Shown here: one piece after another, positions 41,508 through 53,423 of the stretch | Layout of the letters: each line of letters opens with the position of its first letter | Position numbering within the stretch: the first letter of the stretch is position 1 | NCBI GenBank assembly: GCA_013265495.1 | Contig: MU058584.1 | Location: 4,036,508 to 4,100,507, forward strand | DNA length: 64,000 nt | Direction of reading: 5' to 3' | DNA from: Vicugna vicugna | Lineage: Eukaryota | Notes under the pieces: model-generated | The model's input: only the letters and a program-made list of their open reading frames with translations | What the model was told of the DNA's origin: nothing | Database searches by the model: none | Program-made: the position numbers and the translations under genes

Positions 41508-41681
41508 GATATTGACTTTTTAAACTTTTTTAAAACTTCTTTTGTTGTTTGTTTGTTTTTATGAGGAGGAGGTAATTAGGTTTGTTTATTTATTTGTATT
41601 TGGAGGAGGTACTGGGGATTGAACCTGGGACCTCGTGCATGCTAAGTATGCGCTCTACTACTTGAGCTGTACCCTCCCCGC
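41508..41681 (-). mobile_element. tRNA-derived SINE (vic-1-like)
   Basis: Reverse of family head; TSD ttaaaca(c/a)actttaag at 41492-41507 and 41682-41697. Confidence 0.9.
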
Positions 41682-42929
41682 TTAAACAAACTTTAAGCTT
41701 TTGAAATTGATCCTTTATATCTTTAACTTTTCTCTTGTGTTTTTCATTTCTTAACTTTTTATACTTTGTTCTTGGAAATATATCCTGAATTTGATCGAAT
41801 CGTTCCTATGTTCTCGTTTTTTATGATTGTCATTTATATGTTTATCCAAAATTGTATTTTTAATTTACAAGAACTTTTCTTTTTTCTGATTCCTCCTTTT
41901 TACAGCAATCTATTTTTAATTTGTAGGTACAGTACAAATTAGAATTGTGTTTAACTTGTTTCTTCTGTCCTCGATTCTGCTTACTCATTTTGTTGTTTCT
42001 TTTGTGGTGTGGATGCCTTTCATTGTCCAGTGACTTTTGGTTATTTAGTCATAGTGATGAATGCAAGACTGTATTATTTAGTATCAGTCGCTGGTGGGGC
42101 TTTTTCTACCATTGTGCAGCATCCTCTCCTCTGACTGAAAGGGAGCTGTGCGCTGTGAATGTGGGAAGAGAACTGCCTGTGGGTGGAAAGCAGGCAGGCA
42201 GACCAGGCTCTGCCCTCACACCTCCTTCAAATGAGTGGGATGCCTGTGCTTACACTAGTCCTTAACCTTCCACACTCACATTTTTATTTCCCTTGAGGAG
42301 TGATGGTTGACATTAGTTCTCCTCAGATGAGAAGTCTGGCGGAGGGAGAGAAAGTCCCACTGACAGGGCTGGTTTGTGGACAGTCTGGTCACCCTGATGT
42401 CTGCCGTTGTTCCCACGTTCTGCCTCAGTATTGACAGCTCTGAGCTTGGAATCCCCTCAAGGCCCCATAGGGTAAATGATTCTCACCCTTATCATAGTCT
42501 TCTACTGTGCCTTTCTGGACTGTGGTTGGTTTTCCTACCACCCGGTTTCAACTTCTTCATCATTTCTGCAAATATGTCAGAATCTCACCTCCTTTGATCC
42601 CTGTCCCCGGAACTCTCACTCCCTTTTTTATTCCTTTACTGTTATTTGGTTAGGATTTTAGAAGTGAAGGAAAAAAACGTAACTATCTTGTCTAACTGAC
42701 ATGGTCGTTTTTATTTTCCTGGTATCTTCCATAGTGCTTGGCACAAAATAGGTCCTTGGTAAACTTTTCTAGAATAAATACAAGAATGATCATGACTATA
42801 CTGCTCCAGAAAGATATGTGTTCCATTGTGTCTTTAAAACTTGCAAAAATTCCACAGCCCTTAATAATCTCAACTAGCCATGCTGTTCCCCTAGTTATTT
42901 TTCTAAGATAGTATTTCATATGCAACCCT

Positions 42930-43300
42930 ATACCTGTTATCAGGCCCTCCCCATTCACTTCTTCCCCTACCCATGGCAGTGACTACTCTGTCTCTATGGC
43001 TTTGCCTGTTCTGGACACTTCATATAAATGGAATCATATAATATATGACTTTCTATATCTGACTTCTTCCATTTAGCATATTACCTATGTTGCAGAATAT
43101 ATTAGGACTTCATTGCTTTTTATGTTTGAATGATATTTCATTGTATGGGTATGCCATATTTTGTTTATTATTCACAAGTTGATGAAAGTTTGAATTGCTT
43201 CCTGTTTGGGCCCATTTTGAATACTCTTGCTGTGAGCATTCATGTACAAGTTTTTAATGGATTATATGTTTTCAGTTCTCTTGGGTACATATTTAGGAAT
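42930..43300 (-). mobile_element. L1MB-like 3' UTR fragment, antisense
   Basis: ttgcctgttctggacacttcatataaatggaatcatataatat...gacttctt. Confidence 0.8.
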
Positions 43301-43304
43301 GGAA

Positions 43305-46130
43305 CTGAACAACTTTATGCCAAAAAAAGTTAAGCAACTTAGATGAAATTGACAAATTCTGAGAGACAAATTACCAAAACTGACCCCAAAAGAAATAGAA
43401 AACCTAAATAGACTTAAAACAAGTAAAGTGAATGAGTCAAAAAGAAATGCCCAGGCCCAGATGGCGTTAGCAGTGAATTCTGTCAGATATTTTAAAAAGA
43501 AGTAGGAGGTGATCTTTAATAATCTCTTCCAGAACATACAGGAGGAGGGACAACTCATTGTATGAAGCCAATATTACCTTGACAAAGCTATCACAAGAAA
43601 AAAATTATAGACCTGTGTCCCTCATGAAAATAAACATAAAAATCCTCGACAAGATCTTAGCAAATCAAATCCAGCAACATATAAAAAGATTATACATCAT
43701 GGCCAAGGAGGGTTCATCCCAAGAACGTAAAGTTAGTTTAATAACTGAACATCAATTAATGTAATATACCATAGTAATAGAAGAAAGGACCAAAAACTTC
43801 ATGATCATCTCAGTAGATACAGAAAAAGCATTTGACAAAATCTAGCAACACCCATTCATGGTAAAACCCTGGAATAGAAGGTGCTTCTTCACCTGACCAG
43901 GAGCATCTACTAAAAAACCTACAGGTAACAGCATACTCAATGGAGAAAGACTTGAATGCTTTCCACCCTAAGACTGGGAAGAAAGCAAGAGTGTTTGCTC
44001 TCACAGACTTCTAATTAGCATTGTATTAGAGATTATAACCAGCTTAGCAATGGAAAAAAAAATTTAAAACATCCAATTTGGAAAGGAAGGAGTTAAAACT
44101 GTCTTTGTTTTCATTATCCTGTATGTATAAAATTCCCAAGGAATCCACACACCAAAAAACATGCTAGGACTAATAAATGAATTCAGTGTTGTTGCAGGAT
44201 ACAAAGTCAGTATATAAAAACTCAGTTACATTTGTATATATACAAATACTCTGTCTCTATGGCTTTGCCTGTTCTGGACACTTCATATAAATGGAATCAT
44301 ATAATACATGACTTTCTATATCAATGAACTGTCCAAAAAACTTAAGAAAAGTATTTTATTTATAATAGCTTCAAAAAGAATAAAATGCTTATGAATAAAT
44401 ATAACAAAGAAGTACAAGACTTAAACAGTGAAAACTGGCAGTTTGCTGAGAGAAATTAAAGAAGTTCTGAATAAATGGAGAGAGATTCCATCTTCATGGT
44501 TTGGAAGACTCAGTATTCTTAAGGTGACAGTTCTCTGTAAATTGATCTATAAGTTTAATACATTCATAGTCAAAATTCCAACAGGTTGTTGGGGATTTTT
44601 TTGTTTGGTTGGGTTTTTTGTTTTGTGGGGGTTTGTTTGGGTGGTTTTTTTTTTTTTTTTGCAGAAATTGATAAACTCATTCTAAAATATATATAGAAGG
44701 GACCCAGTGTAACCAAAACAATTTCGAAAAAGAATGAAGTTAGAGGACTTTCATATCTTGATTTCAAAGCCTACAAGGTGCAGTAAACAAGAGAGTGACG
44801 TCAGCACAGGGATAGACATACAGATTAATGGAACAGAAACAAACCTTTAAGTGTGTGCTTTATTTTTGACACAGGTACCAAGAAAATTCAATAGGGAAAG
44901 GAAGGTCTTCAGCAAATGGTTCTGGGACAATTGAATATCTACATTCATGAAAATAAATTAGACCCTTACCTGATACCATGCAGAAATTAACTAGACAGGA
45001 TCAAAGGCCTAAATGTAGGAAATAAAACTTCTAGAAAAAAAGGAAGAGAAAATCTTTTGTGACCTTGGATTAGAGAGGTCATAGCTACAGCACAAACCAT
45101 AAAGCACAAACCATAAAGGAAAAAAAAAAGATAAATTGGACTTCATCAAAAGTAAAATCTTTTGTACACCGGGAGACACCTTTAAGAAAATGAGAAGACA
45201 AGCTGCAGACTGGGAAAAGCATTTGTAAATAACATATCTGATAAAAGAATCATTTCTCGAACACATAAGGAACTCTTAAAACCCAATAGTAAGAATACAA
45301 ACAACATAGTTTCTTTAAGGAACAAAAGATTTTAATATACATCATACCAAAGAAGACGTAGGAATGACTGATAAGCACCTTAACGCTCAACATTATTACT
45401 CATTAGAGAAATGCAAATTAAAGCCATAATTAGATACTAATTCATACTCATTAGACTGGCTATAATCAAAAGCCCCAAAATAACAAGTGTTGGCAAGAAG
45501 CTAGAGAAACTAAAACCCTCATACATTGCTAGTGGGAATGTAAAATGATACAGCCCCTTCGGAAAACACTTTGACAGTGTCTTTAAAAGTTAAACATAAA
45601 TTTACCATCTTACCCAGTAGTTCCCTCTAGGGAAATGAAAACATGTCTACACAAATGATCATAGCAGTATTACTGGTAATAATCAAAGACTGGAAACAAA
45701 CCATTACCCAGCACCTGGCGAATGACTATTAACGCCGTGTGGTCTGTCCATGCAGTGAAATACTTTTCAGCCAGAAGAAGGAAGTACTGATTTGTGCTGC
45801 ACCATGGATAAACCTTCAAAACAGTATGCTAACTGAAAGAAGCTAGATGCAAAGGACTACAAATCGTAATCGTATGATTCTATTTATGTGACATATCCCA
45901 GAAAGGTGAATGTATAGATACAAGAAGCAGATGACTGGAGGCTGTAGGTGGGAGCGCTGAGTGACTGCAGATAGGCACAAGGGATCTTTTTGGGGTAATA
46001 AAAGTATCACAAACTGGATTGGGGTGGTGGCTGTACCACTGTATAAATATGTTAAAAATCATTGAATTTTACACATAAATGGGGTGAATTTTGTGATACA
46101 AATTGTACCTCACTACAGCTATTTTTTCAA
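43305..46130 (+). mobile_element. Degraded L1 ORF2 (RT region) through 3' UTR
   Basis: ORF 43558..43764 [37 protein letters not shown] is L1 RT-like; continues to an L1M 3' end. Confidence 0.92.
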
Positions 46131-46143
46131 GAAGATGCAGTGG

Positions 46144-46192
46144 ATGCTTGCTTGGGTAGCACATATACTAAAATCAGAATGATACAGAGAAG
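46144..46192 (+). pseudogene. RNU6: U6 snRNA 5' fragment (nt 1-49), 5' part of a U6/L1 chimera
   Basis: atgcttgcttgggtagcacatatactaaaatcagaatgatacagagaag matches U6 nt 1-49 at 42/49 and includes the ACAGAGA box. Confidence 0.9.
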
Positions 46193-46435
46193 GGGGTTAG
46201 CAGATACAAACTACTATACATAAAATAGATTAACAACAAGGATTTACCATATAGCACGGGGAACTATATTCAATATTTTCTTATAACCTATATTGGAATA
46301 TAGTCTGAAATATATATAAATATATATATACTGTATATATTTAACTGAATCACTTTTCTAAACACCTGAAACTAAGACATATGGTGAATCAACTATACTT
46401 CAATAATTACTTTTGAAAAAACCTTTTTAATTAGA
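46193..46435 (+). mobile_element. L1 3' end fused directly to the U6 fragment
   Basis: gttagcagatacaaactactatacataaaatagat...atagcacggggaactatattcaata...aactatacttcaat; homologous to copies at 27444 and 29300. Confidence 0.88.
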
Positions 46436-48229
46436 AAACATGAGGTTGGAAGCAGGAGGTTGTGGCACACACTGTATTCGCGCATATAACTTCCTACTAA
46501 CCTTGTGAGGCAGGTGATAGCATCTTATTTTGTTGTCAAGGACATTAAGGCTCAGCAAGCGTCACTTTTCTGATCAAAGTTGTCCAAGTAATTAAGTATC
46601 CAAGAATTTAATGTCATAAAAGGTATATATTGATTAAAATGTGATTCACTGGCCGGGAGAGTTAATTTGAAGACCACATTAAATTATTATACTCTAGTGC
46701 TCATGTGACATTCATACTGAGGACACACAGAATGTGGTTGGAAGATAACAGCCAAAAAAAACTACTTTGGATGGTTTCTGGAGCCATCATCTTTTAGCCC
46801 AGGTTAAATTCGCTGATGAGATTATTGGGATTTTCTTTGTATACATATGGGATTTTAAGAAAGTGATCCTGAGGTGGCCTGAAAATGGCAGTGGGGAGTA
46901 AAGAAAAGGCTACTTTAAGCCTTTAACCTCAAGATATGAGCAGTTTCAGTTTCAGAACTTTGAAAGGGAAGTGGTACCCGTAAGTAAAATCAGGTTAGAT
47001 AAGGTGAGAGATTGGTTAAGAAAAGATTGAACTTACATTGAAATTTCTTAGCAGTAGACAAGAAACGAGAAAAGACATTTACCTTTCTATAGAACACGGG
47101 GCAGGTCTTAAGAGAAGAATGTCAAAGTGAAAAAGAATGTATGAGTCTGCCAAACATAGGACCCAACAGAGCATCAACTGCTCAGTGATATAAATTGATC
47201 TGAGAGCTTTAGACCTGAACAAATAATGAAACTGTGATAAATAATATCCACAAAGATGTACTTACAGACAGCAGCAGTAAAGAGCGGAGTCATCTTTTTT
47301 TCATTTTTCAGTTTTATTAGGTAGAATTATTACAATTTGACTGCACATACACATATTTATTTTTGAGAAGGACAGAAAGAGAAGTAAATCCTCCCTTTTC
47401 AGTTAACAATAAGATATCTTGGTTGGTTCCTTTTTTTTTTTTTTTAAGAAAATATAAGACAGATGGATTTGGGGGACGAAAAAGAAAGATGTTTCCCCAA
47501 TTCATTCAGAGACTGCCTAACACTTTTGTGCAGCGTGATAGGAGGTGGGAAAAGTAGAGTCAGTTCTGAAAATAGATGGGTGTCTGATTTTCTCCCAGCT
47601 CTGTGATATGTGAAAAAAACATTTGCTTCGAGTTAATGAGATGAGAGTTGAATTCTGTGTGCTTTTCATAGAGACCAGAAGAAGACTTCAAAAAGATTTT
47701 AAAAAGAACAAAACTGCCTGAAGTTTTAATAAGGCTGTTAGGAGAGAAGCCTTCTGTGCTTGATAGATTTTATCACAAAGAAAGTTCTTTTACATACATC
47801 TTTTTCCTGATGTGTTTATAGGTTTGAAATACTTATTTTGATTGGTCTAGTTCTTCTATCATCTTTGAAGTCTTTTGAACCTCTCTAAAGTATTACAGTG
47901 AAATTTTAAAGATGCTTTTTGTCTTTTTGAGTTCTCTATCCAGGGAAAATACCACTTAGGTTCTGCCTTATACATATGTGTAGTTGACTATATCCTAGAA
48001 CGTAGTGGCTTTCGCTAAATTAAGTTCCAGCTAGCTCAGGCAGCCTGTTTCTGTAGTATGTAGCGTTTACCGGTAACTGAAATAACAGAGGATAATTGGC
48101 ATCTTCTGCTTTATGGAACGTTATCGATACCTCGTGCCTTATGAGTCATTTCTACTTTATGCAAAGGGACTTAACACTCTTTAAGGCACACTTCTGGAAT
48201 CCACCAAGCCTAACTTCTAGAGATATTTT

Positions 48230-48503
48230 AGACCTGTGCTATCAATGTGGTAAGCACTAGACTCGTGGCTTTTAGACATACAAAATGTGGCTAGTTGAAA
48301 TTGAGATGTGCTTTTCAAAGATTTAGTATGAAAAAAAAACTCAATTTTTAAATATTATTTTACGTTGAAATGATAATATTTGGATATATTGGGTTGAATA
48401 GAGTATAATACTGAAATTAATTTCACCTATTTCTTTTAATTGTTTTCAATAAGACTACTAGAAAATTTTAAATTACACGTTTATATTTCTATTGGACAAC
48501 ATT
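48230..48503. mobile_element. hAT-Charlie fossil (MER33-like)
   Basis: aaatgtggctagttgaaattgagatgtgc...gaaatgataatatttggatatattgggtt...atatttctattggaca. Confidence 0.75.
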
Positions 48504-48554
48504 GGTCTTTCACAGTAAACAATTTCAGTGAATGTGTTTTAGTTTTCAATGATT

Positions 48555-48699
48555 TTTTTTTCTTTTTTTGGCAGGGTAGGGGGGAGGTCATTAGATTTGT
48601 TTGTTTCTTTGTTTTTAGAAGAGGTAGTGGGGATTGAACCTAGGACCGCGTGACTGCTAAGGGTGCAATCTACTGCTTGAGCTATATACCTCCCTCCCG
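48555..48699 (-). mobile_element. tRNA-derived SINE (vic-1-like)
   Basis: Reverse of family head; TSD caatgat(t/a)ttt. Confidence 0.85.
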
Positions 48700-49452
48700 C
48701 AATGATATTTTTAATGTTAGTTATTTGTATTCAAATAATGATTTTCTAGATCTTTTCTTTCATAGATCTTTTTTCTGAGATTTTTTATGCCAACTTTTAT
48801 GAGATTCATGATATCACTGTGTGTTGTTCATTGTTGTTTCCATGAACAAGAAAATGTTAACCACAATAGACATTTCGAGAGGCAATTTTCATTACAGAAT
48901 AGCTGCTTAAATTTTTTAATGCAAAGAAGACATCTAGACATATGCCTTTAGTTATTTTCATCCTATTTCTTTGCATGTTGTTATTGACACTTATTTTAGA
49001 AAGAGACATACCTTTTAGTTTTTCGTGCCTTCATTGTTTTGTTTTGATTTTTCTATAGAGACTACTAAGGAGATTTCTGAATGAAGAGCTTTTCAGAAGC
49101 TGGGGTTCTTTTGCTTATGTGTTTCTTCCCCGGAGCAGTTACGTTCTGTAGCTAGAGATTCTCTGATTGTTTTTTTTCAAATAGGAAATTGGAAATGGGA
49201 AGCTGGGTTCTCTGTTTTGTGGTGACTTTATTGCTTTTGCCTCTTACAGTAGGATTCATGGTTTTGGTTCTTGAAATGTTTGTTTTTGTGGTATTTTCCA
49301 TAAAAACACTAAACTAGGTTAATAAAAAGATATATTTAGAGGTTACTGGGTGGTAGATTAATTACTCAGTTGATTTTAGAGTACAGCTGAATAAAGCAGC
49401 TATTCTTCCAGAAACATTTACAGGTCAGTTTCTAACCTGATTCTCTTTTCAG

Positions 49453-49798
49453 GCACTACAGACGCCACCTCCAACAACACTGCGACCGTGATTTCCACAG
49501 CGCCTCCGGCTCCCTCCGCGGTCACGTCGCCCTCCCTGAGTCCCTCGCCTTCCGCCTCAGCCTCCACCTCTGAGGCATCGAGTGCCAGTGAGACCAGCAC
49601 AACACAGACCACCTCCACTCCCTTGTCCTCTCCTCTCGGGACCAGCCAGGTGATGGTGACAGCATCAGGGTTGCAAACAGCAGCAGCCGCCGCCCTCCAA
49701 GGAGCTGCACAGTTGCCAGCAAATGCCAGCCTTGCCGCCATGGCTGCTGCAGCAGGGCTGAACCCAGGCCTGATGGCGCCCTCACAGTTTGCAGCTGG
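49453..49798 (+). CDS. POU2F1: POU2F1 exon 14: S/T-rich (G)[18 protein letters not shown]...MAPSQFAA(G)
   Basis: ctcttttcag|GC ... GG|gtaagg; 346 nt. Confidence 0.97.
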
Positions 49799-50553
49799 GT
49801 AAGGCGCTTTCTCATCTGCTTCACGTCTGAGAAACAACTAGGAGGTGTTCCCTGCAGGTATTCTTAGGGGATACTTCTCATCACCACCTTAAATGCAAAA
49901 ACAAAAACAAAAACAAAACCCCAAAAAACTCTTTAAAGCCACAATCTCTCTGAAATGGGGTGAGCTATAGTAGTGAAAGGACTTTGATTATGGTTGGACT
50001 TAGGTTTCTTAACAGGGCAGTAGTCATATCTTTATTTCCAGATGAAGACCCAGAGTACCAGGCCACAGGTTATACCTGGGTAATGGGGCAGGTAGGAAGC
50101 CCAGAAATCCTGGCGCTGATTTTTATGTCTTTGCCATTATGTCCCAACTGCCTGCTTTCTAATTCTCAAACACAAATAAGAGATACAGTAGTAAGATTTC
50201 CCAGTTGTATATTATCATCAAACATAAGAATTATTTTGTATATTTTTTTGCTGGTTTTTTTTTCCCTCATGTTTCGGAAAAAAAGAGAGAGAACGAAGCA
50301 ATTCAAAGAGTCAGAATGACTGCAAGTTTTACATTTTGTGGGGGCCATAACCTTGTTTTGCTTTGTACAAGTGAGCATCAGGGAAAGCAGATAACTCAGA
50401 AGCAGTAACCAAACCATGTAAGAATATAAAGAGGGCAACAGATATTTCCATGTGCTTCTGGAACTGAATTTTCCTTTCTCTCATCCCTGTGGGGGTGCTG
50501 TCAAACTGACAATGTGTCTGCCTTGTAGTAAAGTGATTCTTTTGGACTTGCAG

Positions 50554-50642
50554 AGGAGCCTTACTCAGTCTCAATCCAGGGACCCTGGGTGGCGCCCTTA
50601 GCCCAGCTCTGATGAGCAACAGTACACTGGCAACTATTCAAG
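50554..50642 (+). CDS. POU2F1: POU2F1 exon 15: (G)[29 protein letters not shown](A)
   Basis: gacttgcag|A ... CAA G|gtcagt; 89 nt. Confidence 0.96.
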
Positions 50643-52543
50643 GTCAGTAGATTTTTTTTTTCTTTAGTGCAGGAAGTCTGCTCTGCTAGAGGTCAAAGTG
50701 ATGGGAAGAGCTAGTTGAATTCATAATGCTGACTAACTTGAGGACCAAGAAAGCGTCCTTGTAAAAAACCTCTATAGGTGTCAGTTTGTAAGAACCGGAA
50801 ATACGCTTAGTTTGGTGTACTGCGAGAAGCCAAGACTTTCATGCTGATACTTATCTTCTGATATAAATAGACTTGGAGGCAGAATTTCCCCCCAAATTTA
50901 TCCAAAAAGTCATCGGAGACCCATCCCCAGGCAAATTCGACCAAGTAAAATTTCCCAGGCCTCATCCTCATCCCCAAGAGAACCATGTACAAGAAGGCCC
51001 TATAATGAATTAACATTGGAGCATGTTACGCAGGCTTCAAGAGTACTTTTAATTCTTATTAAGTTCTGCCCTGTGTATATCCCCATCATTATAGGCATAT
51101 ACTCTATTGGATTATGTCTCTTTTCCAAGCCAGATGGCTCCCTTTTGGCCTTAGCATGTGATCCAGTCCAAAATGAGTCTAAATCCACTCATCGCATGTA
51201 TTGAAGGATTTGCCTTTTTTAGCTTCTGAACTTTGTCTCTGAAGATGCTTGCTGTTGCATGATTCAGGGAAACAATTTGAGAGACATCCCTATATGAATC
51301 AGAGAAATATTTTTCTTAAAGTCAAAATGGTTTGTGCTTAAATGAGAGTTCTTGGGGCCAAAAATAAGCTATTAGCCAACTTCAGTTAAGGTTAGTGTTT
51401 CATGAATGGTATCTCTGCAGTATGCTGTAGACGGTGTTAGTTACCCACAAATCCAAAACATGACCTAGGTTATCTTATATTATGTCGACACACTCATTGA
51501 CTAAAGCATATGTGAAGTTGGTGGTTAGATCTGTAAAGCTTTTGTTATCCAAGAATTTCTTTTTGGAATGAGATTTGTGATAAATCACTTTTTTTTCTTG
51601 CATTATGGTCTATCTCTGGGCTGTAGTGATGCTAAAAAGGCAAAATGCCTTCCATAGGGCAGAGTTGAGGACAGAACAGATGCTCTCTGGGAAAATCCAG
51701 AACTGGGCTATGACCCTAAGCCTGAAATCTCAGGAAACTTCAAGCTGTACCAAGTCTCACTGTTTTGTACTCTTTGTATGATCATGTCCAAAGTCAGGGA
51801 CAAGCCTTCCGTTCTTCTAGCTTTCCTTATGTATTATGTAAGAAGGCAATGAAATTTTTAATGCCATTAGAAAAACCCTCAAATATACATGTGAGAATGT
51901 GGTTACAAAGGTGAGGGGATAGTAGTGGGGTTGTCAGCCAACAGGAAATGATAATAAATGAGAGTGCCGGTTATTTTAAAGAAAATTTTGCTCATGCCTT
52001 CTGTGAAGAAGCAACAGCATCATAGAAAAATTCTTGTGCATTTAAACCAAATCCTGACTTCAGATAACCCATCCAGGGCCCCTGTGTCAGTGCACTCCTG
52101 CTTCCCGCCTGCAGTAGACTCATCTTAATTTCAATGCCTTAATCACTGTAGCTAGTTTGTCTTTTGAATGGAGGTAGTCTAAAATCAATAATCTGCATTA
52201 AAAACAGAATTACTGTATTAACAAATATTTCTAGGTAAATGAAATAAAATTGAGATTTGAAGATAGGAATCTGACTGATTCATTAGATAGTTCTTAACTG
52301 TCTCACCTATCCTGTTCATACTGTTTCAGTTAGATTTTTCAGTCCTTCAGGCTCTTTCAAAATTATAAATAAACTAGTTGGTGACAATATAGGACTGTGA
52401 TGAAGGGGAAGAAAATCAGTTAAGGGCTACACGTTTTCCAACTGGGTTATAGGAAAACTCAGTACATTTGATGTGTTGTTGGCTTCTCCAGGATGATACT
52501 AATGTTCTCCTTTCTGCCTGTTTTGGGGGGGGTTTGTCTGTAG

Positions 52544-52854
52544 CTCTTGCTTCTGGTGGCTCTCTTCCAATAACGTCACTGGATGCAACTGGGAACCTGG
52601 TATTTGCCAATGCAGGAGGAGCCCCCAACATCGTGACTGCCCCTCTGTTCCTGAACCCTCAGAACCTCTCTCTGCTCACCAGCAACCCAGTTAGCTTGGT
52701 CTCTGCCGCTGCAGCCTCTGCAGGGAACTCTGGACCTGTCGCCAGCCTTCATGCCACCTCCACCTCAGCTGAGTCCATCCAGAACTCTCTCTTCACGGTG
52801 GCCTCCGCCAGCGGGGCCGCCTCCACCACCACCACCGCCTCCAAGGCACAGTGA
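52544..52854 (+). CDS. POU2F1: POU2F1 terminal exon, coding part: (A)[21 protein letters not shown]...TTTTASKAQ*
   Basis: gtctgtag|CT; branch-point-like tactaat at 52497-52503; TGA at 52852-52854. Confidence 0.98.
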
Positions 52855-53005
52855 GCCGGGCTGGGTGTGAACGGGCTGCCAGCCTGGCTGAGACTGAAAC
52901 GTGATTGGCTTCCTCCCGCCATGTTGCGAGGGCAAGGGAGAGGAGGGAGAGAAAACACATGCCGGAAAAAAAAAGGATGGAGACGGGACATTTGCCTAAT
53001 TTTGT

Positions 53006-53011
53006 AATAAA
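53006..53011 (+). terminator. Candidate proximal polyadenylation signal AATAAA
   Basis: tgtAATAAA about 150 nt after the stop, followed by a genomic A-rich tract (53060-53120) that could also cause internal priming. Confidence 0.5.
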
Positions 53012-53388
53012 ACACTGTCTTTTCAGGATTGCTTCATGGATTGGAGAACTTTCTAACCAAAAATTAAAAAAAAAAAAAAGCAGAAAAAAAAAGTAAAAAA
53101 CAAACAGACAAAAAAAATAAGTGAAAGGACTACTTACCATTTCCAGCAGTCATGAAGACGAGTTAAGGTGGGTTACCAATTACAATATAGGAAGGGGATT
53201 TCTTGTTTGTCTAAATTTCTTTTTTTTCTTAAAAAAAATCATTTTTATGGGTCTGTTGTACAGGCCATTAAGTCATAACAAGGTGTTTATAATCGTATCA
53301 ATTGTGTTGGGGGTTCCTTTCTTAACTGGTACAACTTAGGCAGGCCTGTATTACTGTATCTCTATTATTATTGTTGTTGTTATTGTTT

Positions 53389-53389
53389 T

Positions 53390-53423
<34 letters not shown>
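53389..53423. repeat. (TA)n microsatellite in the 3' UTR
   Basis: Directly visible. Confidence 0.85.

Larger units (their letters stand above)
7136..52854 (+). other. POU2F1: POU2F1 (Oct-1) coding span, 5'-partial, 14 exons, about 726 aa in window
   Basis: The exons splice in frame into Q-rich region, POU-specific domain, linker, POU homeodomain and S/T/A-rich C-terminus ending ...TTTASKAQ*. Exon lengths 101,54,120,189,127,95,174,142,146,180,106,346,89,311 have compatible phases. Confidence 0.99.

Noticed and set aside
46144..46192. Functional U6 gene
   Set aside because: Only the 5' half is present, with 7 mismatches, no recognisable upstream promoter, and a direct fusion to L1.
52468..52543. 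Upstream in-frame extension or alternative acceptor (ctccag at 52491) of the last exon
   Set aside because: The AG is 52 nt upstream, out of frame, and gives an immediate stop. The open frame is intronic read-through across the branch point and pyrimidine tract, with no evidence of use.
52852..52860. Stop-codon readthrough
   Set aside because: The context is TGA-GCC, not the TGA-CTAG readthrough motif.
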